Source: an uncultured Pseudobdellovibrionaceae bacterium
GTDB lineage: Bacteria > Pseudomonadota > Alphaproteobacteria > Micavibrionales > Micavibrionaceae
Direction: 5' to 3'
Length of the DNA: 64,000 nucleotides
NCBI GenBank assembly: GCA_964348795.1
Contig: CAYGDY010000005.1
Location: forward strand, 12,027-76,026
The notes under the pieces are model-generated. The model was not told the origin of the DNA, searched no databases, and saw only the letters and a list, made by a program, of their open reading frames with translations. Each line of letters opens with the position of its first letter. The first letter of the stretch is position 1. The position numbers were made by a program, and so were the translations under genes. Below, piece by piece: positions 9,514 to 19,138 of the stretch.

Positions 9514-12138
9514 ATGAATTTCGAGAAATTTACTGAAAAAACAAAGTCTTTTGTGCAGTCCGCCCAGACTCTGGCGGCGCGGCATTCCCACCAGTCGATC
9601 GAGCCGGAGCATTTGCTGAAAGCCATGCTGGAGGATCCGGACGGGCTGGTGCAGAAGGTGCTGAAAATCGCGGGGGTTGACCCCGCACGGCTCAAGCGGG
9701 ATGTCGAGACGGCAATTGCCAAATTTCCGGTGGTGGAAGGGGCGGGCGCGGGGCAACTCCGTATTTCAACTGATTTTATAAAGACGGTCGATAGCGCTTT
9801 GAATGTAGCTGAAAAAGCAGGAGATAAATACGTCACAGCAGAGCGGGTTTTGCAGGCCATGCTGATGGCGCGGAAAATGGAAATTTCAGGCCTTCTGGAG
9901 CGGGCGGGCCTGAAGGACACGGTCCTCAATCAGGCGATCAATGACATGCGCAAGGGTCGCACCGCTGACAGCCCCAGCGCGGAAGATCAGTTCGACGCCC
10001 TCAATAAATACGCCCATGACCTGACGAAGGCCGCGCAGGAAGGGAAAATGGACCCGATTATCGGGCGGGACGAGGAAATCCGCCGGACGATTCAGGTGCT
10101 GTCCCGCCGGACAAAGAACAATCCGGTCCTGATCGGGGAGCCTGGCGTAGGGAAAACGGCCATTATCGAAGGGCTCGCGCAACGGATTATCAATGGGGAC
10201 GTGCCCGAGAGTCTCAAAAACAAACGCCTGATGTCGCTCGATCTGGGCGCGATGCTGGCGGGGGCGAAATATCGCGGAGAGTTCGAGGAACGCCTCAAAG
10301 CCGTGCTGGACGAGGTTAAAGCCGCCACGGGCGAGATTGTCCTGTTTCTGGACGAACTGCATACACTGGTGGGCGCGGGCAAGGCGGAAGGTGCAATGGA
10401 TGCGGGCAATATGCTCAAACCCGCGCTGGCACGGGGCGAACTCCATATGGTTGGGGCTACAACGCTGGATGAATACCGCAAACATATTGAAAAAGATGCG
10501 GCGCTGGCGCGGCGCTTCCAGCCGGTTTTCGTATCTGAACCAACAGTTGAAGATACGATATCTATCCTGCGGGGATTAAAGGAAAAATATGAATTGCATC
10601 ATGGGGTGCGGATCACCGACAGCGCGATTGTCTCTGCCGCCACACTGTCCCACCGCTATATTACGGATCGTTTTTTGCCCGACAAGGCGATTGATCTGGT
10701 GGACGAGGCGGCCTCCCGCATCCGCATGCAGGTTGATAGCAAACCCGAAGCCCTGGACGAGCTGGATCGCCGGATTGTCCAGCTGAAGATCGAACGCGAA
10801 GCCTTGAAGAAGGAAAAGGATAAAGCCTCTCAGGAGCGTTTAAAGGCTCTGGAAGTTGAACTGAAATCTCTGGAATCGCGCTCTGCGGATATCACGGCGC
10901 AATGGCGGGCGGAAAAAGAAAAGCTCAATGTGGGCCAGAAATATACCGAGGCGCTGGATCAGGCGCGCAGTGCGCTGGAACAGGCCGAACGCGAAGGGAA
11001 CTGGGCCAAGGCCAGCGAATTGAAATACGGCAAGATTCCGGAGCTGGAGGGCAAGATTGCGGCCTCGGGCGGTGCGTCCGTGCAGGTGGAGGGCGCTACG
11101 CGCTCGAACCTGATCAACGAAGAGGTGACGGAAGATGATATCGCTAGCATTGTGAGTCGCTGGACGGGTGTGCCTGTTGACAAAATGCTCGAAGGGGAGC
11201 GGGACAAGCTCTTGAAAATGGAAGAAAAGCTTGGACAGCGTGTGGTGGGGCAGACCGAGGCCGTGGTGGCGGTGTCCCATGCCATTCGTCGTTCGCGGGC
11301 AGGCCTGCAGGACCCGCGCAGGCCCATGGGCTCCTTTTTGTTTCTGGGGCCGACAGGTGTTGGGAAAACGGAGCTGACGAAGGCACTGGCGGAATTTATG
11401 TTTGACGATGATACGGCGCTGGTCCGGCTGGATATGTCTGAATATATGGAAAAGCACAGCGTGTCGCGCATGATCGGCGCCCCGCCAGGCTATGTGGGGT
11501 ATGAGGAAGGCGGCGCGTTGACGGAAGCCGTGCGCAGGCGCCCTTATCAGGTGGTGCTGTTCGATGAAATCGAAAAGGCGCATCCGGATGTGTTCAACGT
11601 GTTGTTGCAGGTGCTGGACGACGGACGCTTGACGGACGGGCAGGGGCGCACGGTGGATTTTAGTAACACGCTGTTGATCATGACCTCTAATCTTGGTGCG
11701 GAATATCTGGTAAACCAGCCGGACGGCGCGGATGTGGACGCAGTGCGGGAAGAGGTGATGGAGGTCGTCCGCAGGGCTTTCCGGCCTGAATTCCTGAACC
11801 GTCTGGATGAAATTTTACTCTTCAAGCGGCTGGATCGAAGCCAGATGACGGGCATTGTCGAGATTCGTTTGCAATACTTGCGGGATCTGCTCAAGGACCG
11901 GCATGTGACGCTCGATATCGGGGACGATGCAAAAGTCTGGCTGGGTGATAAGGGGTATCAGCCGGCGTATGGCGCACGGCCCCTGAAACGGGTCATTCAA
12001 ACAGAACTGCAAAACAGGCTGGCGGAGATGATTTTGCGCGGCGATGTGCAGGACGGCGCGGTGGTCAAGATTTCCGTCAGGGGCGGCGCCCTGGATTTTG
12101 CCGTGAAAAAGGCGGAGAGCGTGAAATCTGCGGCGTGA
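9514..12138 (+). CDS. clpB: ATP-dependent chaperone ClpB
   Basis: 874 aa. Two AAA+ modules ([10 protein letters not shown] and [10 protein letters not shown] Walker A motifs) with a long coiled-coil middle domain. Confidence 0.97.
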   Translation: MNFEKFTEKTKSFVQSAQTLAARHSHQSIEPEHLLKAMLEDPDGLVQKVLKIAGVDPARLKRDVETAIAKFPVVEGAGAGQLRISTDFIKTVDSALNVAEKAGDKYVTAERVLQAMLMARKMEISGLLERAGLKDTVLNQAINDMRKGRTADSPSAEDQFDALNKYAHDLTKAAQEGKMDPIIGRDEEIRRTIQVLSRRTKNNPVLIGEPGVGKTAIIEGLAQRIINGDVPESLKNKRLMSLDLGAMLAGAKYRGEFEERLKAVLDEVKAATGEIVLFLDELHTLVGAGKAEGAMDAGNMLKPALARGELHMVGATTLDEYRKHIEKDAALARRFQPVFVSEPTVEDTISILRGLKEKYELHHGVRITDSAIVSAATLSHRYITDRFLPDKAIDLVDEAASRIRMQVDSKPEALDELDRRIVQLKIEREALKKEKDKASQERLKALEVELKSLESRSADITAQWRAEKEKLNVGQKYTEALDQARSALEQAEREGNWAKASELKYGKIPELEGKIAASGGASVQVEGATRSNLINEEVTEDDIASIVSRWTGVPVDKMLEGERDKLLKMEEKLGQRVVGQTEAVVAVSHAIRRSRAGLQDPRRPMGSFLFLGPTGVGKTELTKALAEFMFDDDTALVRLDMSEYMEKHSVSRMIGAPPGYVGYEEGGALTEAVRRRPYQVVLFDEIEKAHPDVFNVLLQVLDDGRLTDGQGRTVDFSNTLLIMTSNLGAEYLVNQPDGADVDAVREEVMEVVRRAFRPEFLNRLDEILLFKRLDRSQMTGIVEIRLQYLRDLLKDRHVTLDIGDDAKVWLGDKGYQPAYGARPLKRVIQTELQNRLAEMILRGDVQDGAVVKISVRGGALDFAVKKAESVKSAA

Positions 12139-12149
12139 GGCGCATGGTC

Positions 12150-12259
12150 GTCACCCCCGCTTTTATGCGGGGGTCCGTAAAAAAGAGAGCGGCAAAGCCG
12201 CTCATGCCCCTGGATCCCGTGTATGCGAGTTTTGCTTTGCAAAACGCTCACGGGATGAC
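12150..12259. repeat. MITE-like palindromic element, family B (GTCACCCCCGC...CACGGGATGAC)
   Basis: gtcacccccgc ttttat gcgggggt ... aaaaaagagagcggcaaagccgctc ... ggatcccgtg ... cacgggatgac. A near-copy lies at 20999-21127. Confidence 0.85.
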
Positions 12260-12383
12260 GAAGAAGATGGTGGGATGACTTGGGCCCTGCGCAGACGGTC
12301 CATTGCATTACCCTGTAATTTCTAGTACCTTGTAGGGGATAGCTCTTTCGGGCTGTTCTCACCTTCGTTCTTCATCCGGACCC

Positions 12384-13067
12384 ATGTCACACCGTTTTTT
12401 GCCACGCTCTGTTTTGCTCCTGCTCCTCTTCCTGACGGGGTGCGCTTCCGTGTTTGATGGGGCAACGCAGGATGTCAAATTTGAAACGCCCGGGGCGCAG
12501 GATGCCTTGTGTTACGCCTATGTGGAGGGTACGAAATATCTGGTGCGCCCCCCCCAGACCATCAATTTGTATAAATCCGGCCATGATATCACGGTGGATT
12601 GTCAGGCCCCCGGAAATCGCCGGAAGAACAGCGTTGTCGCACCCGCCCTCGCGGGGACTACGGCGTGGAATGCGATGAATGCGGGGGTCGGGGCGGGCTG
12701 GGACTATGCTTCCGGCGCGATGTTCCGGTATCCGGACGTGATTACGATTGATTTTACCGGTATGCCGCTTTTGGATTCCGCGCTTCCCGCGCAGAATAAT
12801 CCCGATATCCGCCCGCCTGATTCCTATGATCTCGAAGAGTTTTTACCGGCTGTGCCCCGCATGAACGCGGACAAGTACAAGGAAGAGGTTGTGCCGCTCA
12901 AACGCCAGAAAAGCGGGGCTGTGCCGGTGGGAAATGAGGGCGGCGCGGAGGCCTTTACAGAAGGGCCAAAGGGCCCCGACAAGGGGGACCTGCAAAGCGT
13001 GATCAAGGCGCTCAATCCGTCTGACACCTCCACACGCAAGCCGACATCGCTTCTGCCCGGGCAGTGA
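12384..13067 (+). CDS. hypothetical lipoprotein
   Basis: Signal peptide with lipobox LLLLLFLTGCASV. 227 aa. Confidence 0.6.
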   Translation: MSHRFLPRSVLLLLLFLTGCASVFDGATQDVKFETPGAQDALCYAYVEGTKYLVRPPQTINLYKSGHDITVDCQAPGNRRKNSVVAPALAGTTAWNAMNAGVGAGWDYASGAMFRYPDVITIDFTGMPLLDSALPAQNNPDIRPPDSYDLEEFLPAVPRMNADKYKEEVVPLKRQKSGAVPVGNEGGAEAFTEGPKGPDKGDLQSVIKALNPSDTSTRKPTSLLPGQ

Positions 13068-13074
13068 TTTCATC

Positions 13075-13113
13075 GTCATCGCTTCGTTGGCCTTAAGGCC
13101 ACCTCGCAATGAC
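13075..13113. repeat. Minimal 39-bp GTCAT...ATGAC palindromic element
   Basis: gtcatcgcttcgttggccttaaggccacctcgcaatgac: family-A-type ends around a single ggcc-ttaa-ggcc hairpin. Confidence 0.6.
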
Positions 13114-13123
13114 GATGTTGTTG

Positions 13124-13984
13124 CTACTCCCTCTCCAATGTCACAAGTGCGATTTCAGGCGGACGGAGAAGGCGCAGGGGCAGGCCTGTCATGCCAAGGC
13201 CGCTGGTGACCACCAGATCCTTTTCACCCTCTGTCACATGCCCGTAGGCGTAGCGCAGACCGTATTGCGAGGGCACTACGGCGGGTACCATGCCGAAGAA
13301 CGGCAGGACGATCTGCCCGCCATGCGTATGGCCCGCAACCATCAAGGCTACGGAATCAGGACTATCCGCAAAAGGGTCCGGATTGTGGGTCATCAGGATA
13401 ACAGGATTGGTATCTGTGACCTGCGCCAGTGTTTCGGGAATATCGGCGTGCTGTGTCCAGCGCTCTGCCAGACCGGCAACCCAGAAAGACAGGTCTTTGC
13501 ATTTTACTGGGAGGGCACGGTTTTCCAAAACGGGAATAGGACTTTTGCGGATCGCTTCGGGCCAGCCTTTGGGGTATTTGTGCAGATCATGATTCCCCAG
13601 TACGGCATACACGCCGCAAGGCGCAGACAGCTTTGTCAGGGGCGCGATGCCGTCTTCCGGTTTGACTTGGATGCCAAACGGGTGTGTGCCGACATAATCG
13701 CCCAGCAGAAGGATCACATCGGGTTTCAGGGCGTTGGCGCGGGCCACAATGCGTGCGACATGCTCGGGCGTGGTGGAAGGCCAGATCACATGCGGATCAC
13801 TCAGCAGGGCAATTTTAAGGGGCGTGTCGTGTGTCCATTTTGGTGTGCGGACGGTATATTCCGTGATTTTAAGCGTAAAGGGTTCGATGGCAGAGGCGTA
13901 GACGCCCATAAGCCCGCCCGTAAAAAACAGGATCAAAAAGAGTTTTGGGATCAGGTGTTTCATGGTGTTTTTTATGTCCTTCAA
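13124..13984 (-). CDS. metallophosphoesterase (calcineurin-like)
   Basis: Motifs LLSDPH, LLLGDYV, LGNHD and GHTHGGQ. N-terminal signal/TM segment. Confidence 0.85.
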   Translation of the reverse strand: MKDIKNTMKHLIPKLFLILFFTGGLMGVYASAIEPFTLKITEYTVRTPKWTHDTPLKIALLSDPHVIWPSTTPEHVARIVARANALKPDVILLLGDYVGTHPFGIQVKPEDGIAPLTKLSAPCGVYAVLGNHDLHKYPKGWPEAIRKSPIPVLENRALPVKCKDLSFWVAGLAERWTQHADIPETLAQVTDTNPVILMTHNPDPFADSPDSVALMVAGHTHGGQIVLPFFGMVPAVVPSQYGLRYAYGHVTEGEKDLVVTSGLGMTGLPLRLLRPPEIALVTLERE

Positions 13985-14000
13985 AAATTATCCCTTTGTT

Positions 14001-14057
14001 GTCACCCCCGCCGCTTGCCGTAGGCACGCTTAATTCGCAAAAGACCAACGGGATGAC
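14001..14057. repeat. Family B palindromic element, shortened form
   Basis: gtcacccccgccgcttgccgtaggcacgcttaattcgcaaaagaccaacgggatgac. Confidence 0.75.
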
Positions 14058-14075
14058 GCTCAGAGGGGCTGTTTT

Positions 14076-14843
14076 TCAAACAAGCCTTCGGATTTTGAGG
14101 AGGCCCCCATAGCCAGCGCACAGATCCTCCAGTGGCTCTAAAACCGTGCGCATAGGACGGGCCGTGGCATTTAAAACCGTGTGCTGGTCCACCATAATCC
14201 CCACATGGCGCTCAAAGAACACAAAATCCCCGCGCTGGCAATGTGTTTTATCCGCCCCCAGATCGGTCCCCAGGTGCAGGATTTGGTCCTTCGTGTCACG
14301 GGGGCAGGGGCGGCCACTGGCTAGCACAGCCAGTTGCACAAGGGCTGAGCAGTCGATCCCCCATGCTGTGCGCCCCCCCCACAGATAAGGCGTACCCAGA
14401 AAACGTAAGGCGGTGTCGATGGGGGAGGATTTGGGCGGGGCATCAAGCGGCGCGATATCTTGCGCCCATATCCACAGGTCCTTTTCAAGGCGCGCAAAGC
14501 CGCTCTGCTGTTCCCCCGTGGGGGTCAGGCGGGACAGGAAGGAGAGGCTGTGCACAGGCGGGGTTTTGAAATCCGGAGTGCGGTACAGGTGGCTTTGCAA
14601 GGTGGTGAGGGCATGGGTGTGGGGGTGTTCCAAGGGCCCCAGCGCAGAAGATTCTACGAACCCCTCGTAGGAATCGGTCTCGCACCGGATTTTGGCCCAG
14701 CCGGACGGTGCGGGCGTATCCAAAACGGTCACGGATTCCCCATAGAGGAGCTCCGAAGCTGTTTCGGCCAAAAGGTCCGGCCCGTCAAGCAGACGCGCGG
14801 AAGGTCGGTTGATCTGCATGTCAGACTTTGGCATAGCGTCCAC
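14076..14843 (-). CDS. NlpC/P60 family peptidase with N-terminal SH3-like region
   Basis: GTPYLWGGRTAWGIDCSALVQ catalytic-Cys motif. Alternative start at 14819 (MQIN) would remove the 23-nt overlap with the upstream gene. Confidence 0.8.
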   Translation of the reverse strand: MDAMPKSDMQINRPSARLLDGPDLLAETASELLYGESVTVLDTPAPSGWAKIRCETDSYEGFVESSALGPLEHPHTHALTTLQSHLYRTPDFKTPPVHSLSFLSRLTPTGEQQSGFARLEKDLWIWAQDIAPLDAPPKSSPIDTALRFLGTPYLWGGRTAWGIDCSALVQLAVLASGRPCPRDTKDQILHLGTDLGADKTHCQRGDFVFFERHVGIMVDQHTVLNATARPMRTVLEPLEDLCAGYGGLLKIRRLV

Positions 14844-16257
14844 TTAAGTAGCTATACACCGCGCGTAAACCGGTATCACATCCGCCAGCGGGTCTGCCGG
14901 CGCGGCCCGAGAGCTCCCACGCGTAAATATCCAGATGCACCCAAGGGACGCTCGGCTCTACAAAATGTTCAAGGAACAGGGCGCTGTAGATCAGATCACC
15001 TGGCGTGCCCGCGCTGTTGATAAGGTCCGAGATGCTATTATCCAGATACTTCCGGTAGGGCCGCCACAAGGGCATGTGCCAGACGGGATCACTGCAGGCA
15101 AAGGCGGTTTTCTGGAGATCGCGGGCTAGCCTGTCATCGTTGGAAAAGAGCGCCGGAATATCAGGCCCCAGCGCCGCGCGCGCCGAGCCTGTCAGAGTTG
15201 CAAAATCAATCAGCAATTCGGGAGAATCCTCGCACGCATAGGCGAGCGCATCGGCCAGAATCAAACGCCCTTCGGCATCGGTGTTGGTGTTTTCAACGGT
15301 GAGCCCCTTGCGCGAGCGGATAATGTCGCCGGGCCGAAAAGATGCGCCACCCACGGCATTCTCCACAGCCGGAATCAGGACGCGGAGCTGGATGGGCAGG
15401 TGATGGGCCATGATGAGGTGCGCGAGCCCTAGCGCATGGGCGGCTCCGCCCATATCTTTTTTCATGGTACGCATGGCGGAAGAAGGCTTGATGTCGAGCC
15501 CGCCCGTATCAAAGCATACCCCCTTGCCAACCAGCGTGATTTTCGGGTGCTTGGGTGAACCCCATCGCAGGTCAATCAGGCGGGGTCTTCGGGGGCTGGC
15601 TTGTCCCACGGTATAAACCAGAGGAAAATTCTGGTCGAGCAGGGCAGTGTCGTGCAGGACCGTGATTTTTGCCTTATGGGTTTTGGCCACGGCGCGGGCA
15701 GACTGTTCCAGTTCATCGGGGCCCATATCGTTGGACGGCATGTTGATCAGGTTGCGGACCATGCATACCGCATCCAGCAGGGTTATGACGGCGTGCTGGT
15801 CTACGGTTTTGGCCATGACAAGCGCGGGTTTTGGAGCAGGGCGGGATGTGTAGGCCGAAAAGGCATAATGTGCCAGCCCCCAGCCCGCATGCGCGGTCAC
15901 AAGGTCCTCGGGTGAGAGCCCCCCTGTGTTTTCCAGCCCGAAACTGGTGCTTTCGATCAGGCTGGCGGGCAGGGCTTTGGCCAGACTCTCCACGGTGTGT
16001 GCGAGGTCATACAGGGCTGTGGGGGTTGAAATTCCCGCTATAACACCTGTGATCTGGCCTTCTGCCCCGTATAGAATCACTGTTTTTTCGGGCGTGGGAA
16101 TGTAGCCCGCCCGCGTGATCTGGGCCCTGATCGCGGGCGACTGGTTTTTCAGCCAGCTGTTGAAGGTTCTGGCTGTGACAGGAAAGACAGGGATGTGGTG
16201 CTTCTTTTTACGGGCCAGAAACGCTTGCGGGGCATCGAGAATCGGATCATGTGGCAT
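14821..16257 (-). CDS. leucyl aminopeptidase family protein (M17)
   Basis: Start taken at MPHDPILD (ATG 16257). M17 signature NTDAEGRLILADAL and VGKGVCFDTGGLDIK. Confidence 0.9.
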   Translation of the reverse strand: MPHDPILDAPQAFLARKKKHHIPVFPVTARTFNSWLKNQSPAIRAQITRAGYIPTPEKTVILYGAEGQITGVIAGISTPTALYDLAHTVESLAKALPASLIESTSFGLENTGGLSPEDLVTAHAGWGLAHYAFSAYTSRPAPKPALVMAKTVDQHAVITLLDAVCMVRNLINMPSNDMGPDELEQSARAVAKTHKAKITVLHDTALLDQNFPLVYTVGQASPRRPRLIDLRWGSPKHPKITLVGKGVCFDTGGLDIKPSSAMRTMKKDMGGAAHALGLAHLIMAHHLPIQLRVLIPAVENAVGGASFRPGDIIRSRKGLTVENTNTDAEGRLILADALAYACEDSPELLIDFATLTGSARAALGPDIPALFSNDDRLARDLQKTAFACSDPVWHMPLWRPYRKYLDNSISDLINSAGTPGDLIYSALFLEHFVEPSVPWVHLDIYAWELSGRAGRPAGGCDTGLRAVYSYLSGRYAKV

Positions 16258-16373
16258 GGGGTTTTTTCTGAGAGTGCGAGGGTTGTTTGGGTGAAGTTTA
16301 TAGTGATTCCCGTTCAAAATCACCAGATGTGTGAGGAAAGGTGCAGGGGAATAACAGGCAGGCGGTCTTTATA

Positions 16374-16402
16374 TTGACACGGCGCAGGAAGTGTACTAAT
16401 TT
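16374..16402 (+). promoter_or_regulatory. sigma-70-like promoter candidate for tRNA-Asn
   Basis: TTGACA (16374-16379), 17-nt spacer, TAATTT (16397-16402), about 20 nt upstream of the tRNA 5' end. Confidence 0.45.
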
Positions 16403-16424
16403 GCGCGGACTTTTTACCGAGCAT

Positions 16425-16499
16425 TCCTCGATAGCTCAGCGGTAGAGCAGTTGACTGTTAATCAATTGGTCCCAGGTTCGAATCCTGGTCGAGGAGCCA
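16425..16499 (+). tRNA. tRNA-Asn (anticodon GTT), CCA encoded
   Basis: Acceptor stem tcctcga/tcgagga, D arm agctcagcggtagagc, anticodon loop ctGTTaa, T arm ccaggttcgaatcctgg, terminal gcca. Confidence 0.95.
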
Positions 16500-16652
16500 T
16501 TTTCCCCTCAAAAATTTTCGGTATAGAGTATGATTTCCGATCGTGTGATCTCTGTTTTGGATGAGAGATATGGTCGAACTCTCTTGTCGGGTTCAAATCC
16601 TCTGTCGTTATGTATTAAAAACCCCGCCACAAGGGCAGGTTTTTTTAATAAA

Positions 16653-16743
16653 TGGCGGAGACGGAGGGATTCGAACCCTCGATGAGTGATTAACCCATAC
16701 ACCCTTAGCAGGGGCGCGCCTTCAGCCTCTCGGCCACGTCTCC
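16653..16743 (-). tRNA. tRNA-Ser (anticodon GCT), long variable arm, CCA encoded
   Basis: Reverse complement ggagacgtggccgagaggctgaaggcgcgcccctGCTaagggtg...gagggttcgaatccctccgtctccgcca. 91 nt, class II tRNA. Confidence 0.93.
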
Positions 16744-16793
16744 GTTGTGTTTTTGGGGCTCCTTTGGAGGGATAACCCCTTTGCTAGGGCAGA

Positions 16794-16822
16794 GTTGTAA
16801 AGCCAAACCCCCGCTTTGGCAA
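16794..16822 (-). promoter_or_regulatory. sigma-70-like promoter candidate upstream of tRNA-Ser
   Basis: On the minus strand: TTGCCA, 17-nt spacer, TACAAC, about 50 nt upstream of the tRNA 5' end. Confidence 0.3.
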
Positions 16823-16857
16823 GACGGGAGTGTGTGGGCGTGAAAAAAATATCCGCT

Positions 16858-18309
16858 TTACCCCAATTTCGCTTTTAAAATCTCATTCACCATGTCCGGA
16901 TTCACCTTGCCGCCCGATTTTTTCATGGCCTGACCGACAAAAAAGCCGAAGAGCTTATCCTTGCCCGCGCGGTAAGCCGCCACGTTGTCGGGGTTTTCGG
17001 CTAAAATTTCATCAATCAGGGTTTCGATCGCGCCCGTGTCTGTGACTTGTTTCAGGCCCTTTTCCTCAACGATCTGCGCGGGTGCACCGCCCGTTTCAAA
17101 CATAATGGCAAAGACATCCTTGGCGATTTTACCGGAGATGGTGTTGTCCGCAATCAGACCTATCAGCGCGGCCAGATTTTGCGCGGAGATGGGCGAGGAT
17201 TCAAGCCCCTTGCCGGCTTTATTCAACGCGCCCAAAAGCTCGTTAATCACCCAGTTGGCGGCCAGTTTGGGGTCGCTGTTTTTTGCCACGGTTTCAAAGT
17301 AATAGGCGCGGGCGCGCTCTGCGATCAGGACGCTGGCATCATAGAGCGATAAACCATAATCCTTCATAAAGCGGTGCTTTTTCTGGTCCGGCAGTTCAGG
17401 CAGGGTGGCTTTGATCTGCGCAATCCAGTTGTCATTCACGTGCAGGGGCAGGAGGTCAGGGTCAGGGAAGTAGCGGTAATCATGCGCCTCTTCCTTCGAG
17501 CGCATGGAGCGCGTCATGCCCTTGACGGGGTCCCACAGGCGGGTTTCCTGCCGGATGGTGCCGCCGTCTTCAATGATTTCGATTTGTCTTTGGACTTCGT
17601 AGTCAATGGCTTGCGAGACGGCCTTGAGGGAGTTCACGTTCTTGATTTCCGCCCGTGTGCCGAGTTTATCCCCGGGCTTGCGCACAGAGATATTCACATC
17701 CGCCCGCATGGAGCCTTCCTCCATATTCCCGTCACAGGTGCCCAGATACCGCAGGATCATCCGCAGTTTAGACAGGTAGGCGGTGGCTTCTTCCGGCCCT
17801 GAGATATCAGGCTCGGACACGATTTCCATCAGCGCGCATCCGGAGCGGTTCAAGTCCACAAAGGATTTGGTGGGGTGAAGATCATGCACGGATTTGCCCG
17901 CATCTTGCTCCAGATGCAAACGCGTGATGCCGATATTTTTTGTGGTGCCGTCGGGCAGGTCGATCTCGATCACACCCTTGCCCACGATGGGATGCAGAAA
18001 CTGGGAAATCTGGTATCCTTGGGGCAGATCAGGGTAAAAATAGTTTTTACGCTCGAAGACCGAAATATTGTTGATTTGAGCATTGAGCCCCAATCCAGTA
18101 CGCACGGCTTGCTCCACGCATTTTTCATTGAGCACGGGAAGCATGCCAGGCATGGCCGCATCCACGAGAGAAACTTGGCTATTGGGCTCTGCCCCGAATT
18201 GTGTGGCCGCACCCGAAAACAGTTTGGACTGGCAGGTCACTTGCGCGTGGACCTCCATCCCGATCACGATTTCCCAGTTGCCGGTTTCGCCTTTGATAAG
18301 TTGTGCCAT
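16858..18309 (-). CDS. gatB: Asp-tRNA(Asn)/Glu-tRNA(Gln) amidotransferase subunit B
   Basis: 483 aa. N-terminus [13 protein letters not shown] and a C-terminal YqeY-like tail, both typical of GatB. Confidence 0.97.
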   Translation of the reverse strand: MAQLIKGETGNWEIVIGMEVHAQVTCQSKLFSGAATQFGAEPNSQVSLVDAAMPGMLPVLNEKCVEQAVRTGLGLNAQINNISVFERKNYFYPDLPQGYQISQFLHPIVGKGVIEIDLPDGTTKNIGITRLHLEQDAGKSVHDLHPTKSFVDLNRSGCALMEIVSEPDISGPEEATAYLSKLRMILRYLGTCDGNMEEGSMRADVNISVRKPGDKLGTRAEIKNVNSLKAVSQAIDYEVQRQIEIIEDGGTIRQETRLWDPVKGMTRSMRSKEEAHDYRYFPDPDLLPLHVNDNWIAQIKATLPELPDQKKHRFMKDYGLSLYDASVLIAERARAYYFETVAKNSDPKLAANWVINELLGALNKAGKGLESSPISAQNLAALIGLIADNTISGKIAKDVFAIMFETGGAPAQIVEEKGLKQVTDTGAIETLIDEILAENPDNVAAYRAGKDKLFGFFVGQAMKKSGGKVNPDMVNEILKAKLG

Positions 18310-18335
18310 GGTTTTTTGTCCTTGTTGTTCGTGAA

Positions 18336-19127
18336 TTACTGATAAGCCTGTCCGAGTTCATAAAGGGCCATGCAATCCTGCAGGGCGGCTTGGGAGGCCT
18401 TGTCGAAGGCCTTGCTTTGCATGAGGCTTCCCAAGGGGTCCAGATCCTTGACATTGCGGCGCAGGGCGCCTTCGATGACTCGGGGCCCGCGTTCCTTCAT
18501 AAATTTTCCCATTTCATCCCCGAGGCATTCGCATACGCGGTTGGCGTGTTTCAGCCCGTTTCGGACTTTCGGGTCGCCCATGCATTGATCAAGGATCAGG
18601 GCTTTGGTGGGGTGTTCCATACACGGCGCATAGACAAACATCATCATCCGGCTTCGTTGCAGGTCGCCTTCGGCGGTGCTGGTCGCCATGGCCTGCAACT
18701 GGGGGATGGTCATGGCCTCCGGCAACTTGGCCGCCGTACAGCCACACAGTAATTTGAGAGACTCCCCCTTGAGAATCGGGTGGTCCTGCGCCATACAGTT
18801 TTTGTAATAGGCGTTGGAGAAATCCTTCATACTGGAGGGTGGTGGTGTATTTTCCGCAGGCTTTGCTGGAATGTCTTCCAGTTCCGGCACATCTACAACG
18901 GGCGGGGTATTTTGGGGGGGGATCTGCGCGGACTTGGGGCGCACGAAAATGTCTGCGGCGTGTGCTGATTCTGGGGCAAGGAGTAAAAAGAGGCACAGGA
19001 GAAAAACAAGAGGCGCGGCTTTGACGCTTGCGTTCTTTGGATCCCGTTTGTGCAAGCGCTCCCAAAGGGAACGCGCCAACGGGATGACAGGAAGGTGTGA
19101 ATGGATGACGGGGTGTGATGATGTCAT
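18336..19127 (-). CDS. hypothetical secreted Cys-rich protein
   Basis: Signal-like segment [21 protein letters not shown], a Pro-rich linker, then an 8-Cys domain. ATG at 19127 (GTG at 19142 would overlap the gatA stop). Located between gatA and gatB. Confidence 0.6.
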   Translation of the reverse strand: MTSSHPVIHSHLPVIPLARSLWERLHKRDPKNASVKAAPLVFLLCLFLLLAPESAHAADIFVRPKSAQIPPQNTPPVVDVPELEDIPAKPAENTPPPSSMKDFSNAYYKNCMAQDHPILKGESLKLLCGCTAAKLPEAMTIPQLQAMATSTAEGDLQRSRMMMFVYAPCMEHPTKALILDQCMGDPKVRNGLKHANRVCECLGDEMGKFMKERGPRVIEGALRRNVKDLDPLGSLMQSKAFDKASQAALQDCMALYELGQAYQ

Positions 19128-19138
19128 CTTTTTGCTCC

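Noticed and set aside
16583-16608. A third tRNA gene between tRNA-Asn and tRNA-Ser (GGTTCAAATCC T-loop motif)
   Set aside because: No acceptor, D or anticodon stems can be paired around it. It is treated as a tRNA 3'-half relic rather than a gene (see findings).
16617-16647. Terminator-like aaaaaccccgccacaagggcaggttttttt between the tRNAs
   Set aside because: I could not pair the two GC segments into a convincing stem on either strand (at most 3-4 bp), so no terminator is called.
16508-16702. 64-aa ORF on the minus strand
   Set aside because: It overlaps the tRNA-Ser gene and the inter-tRNA spacer, and there is no coding signal.
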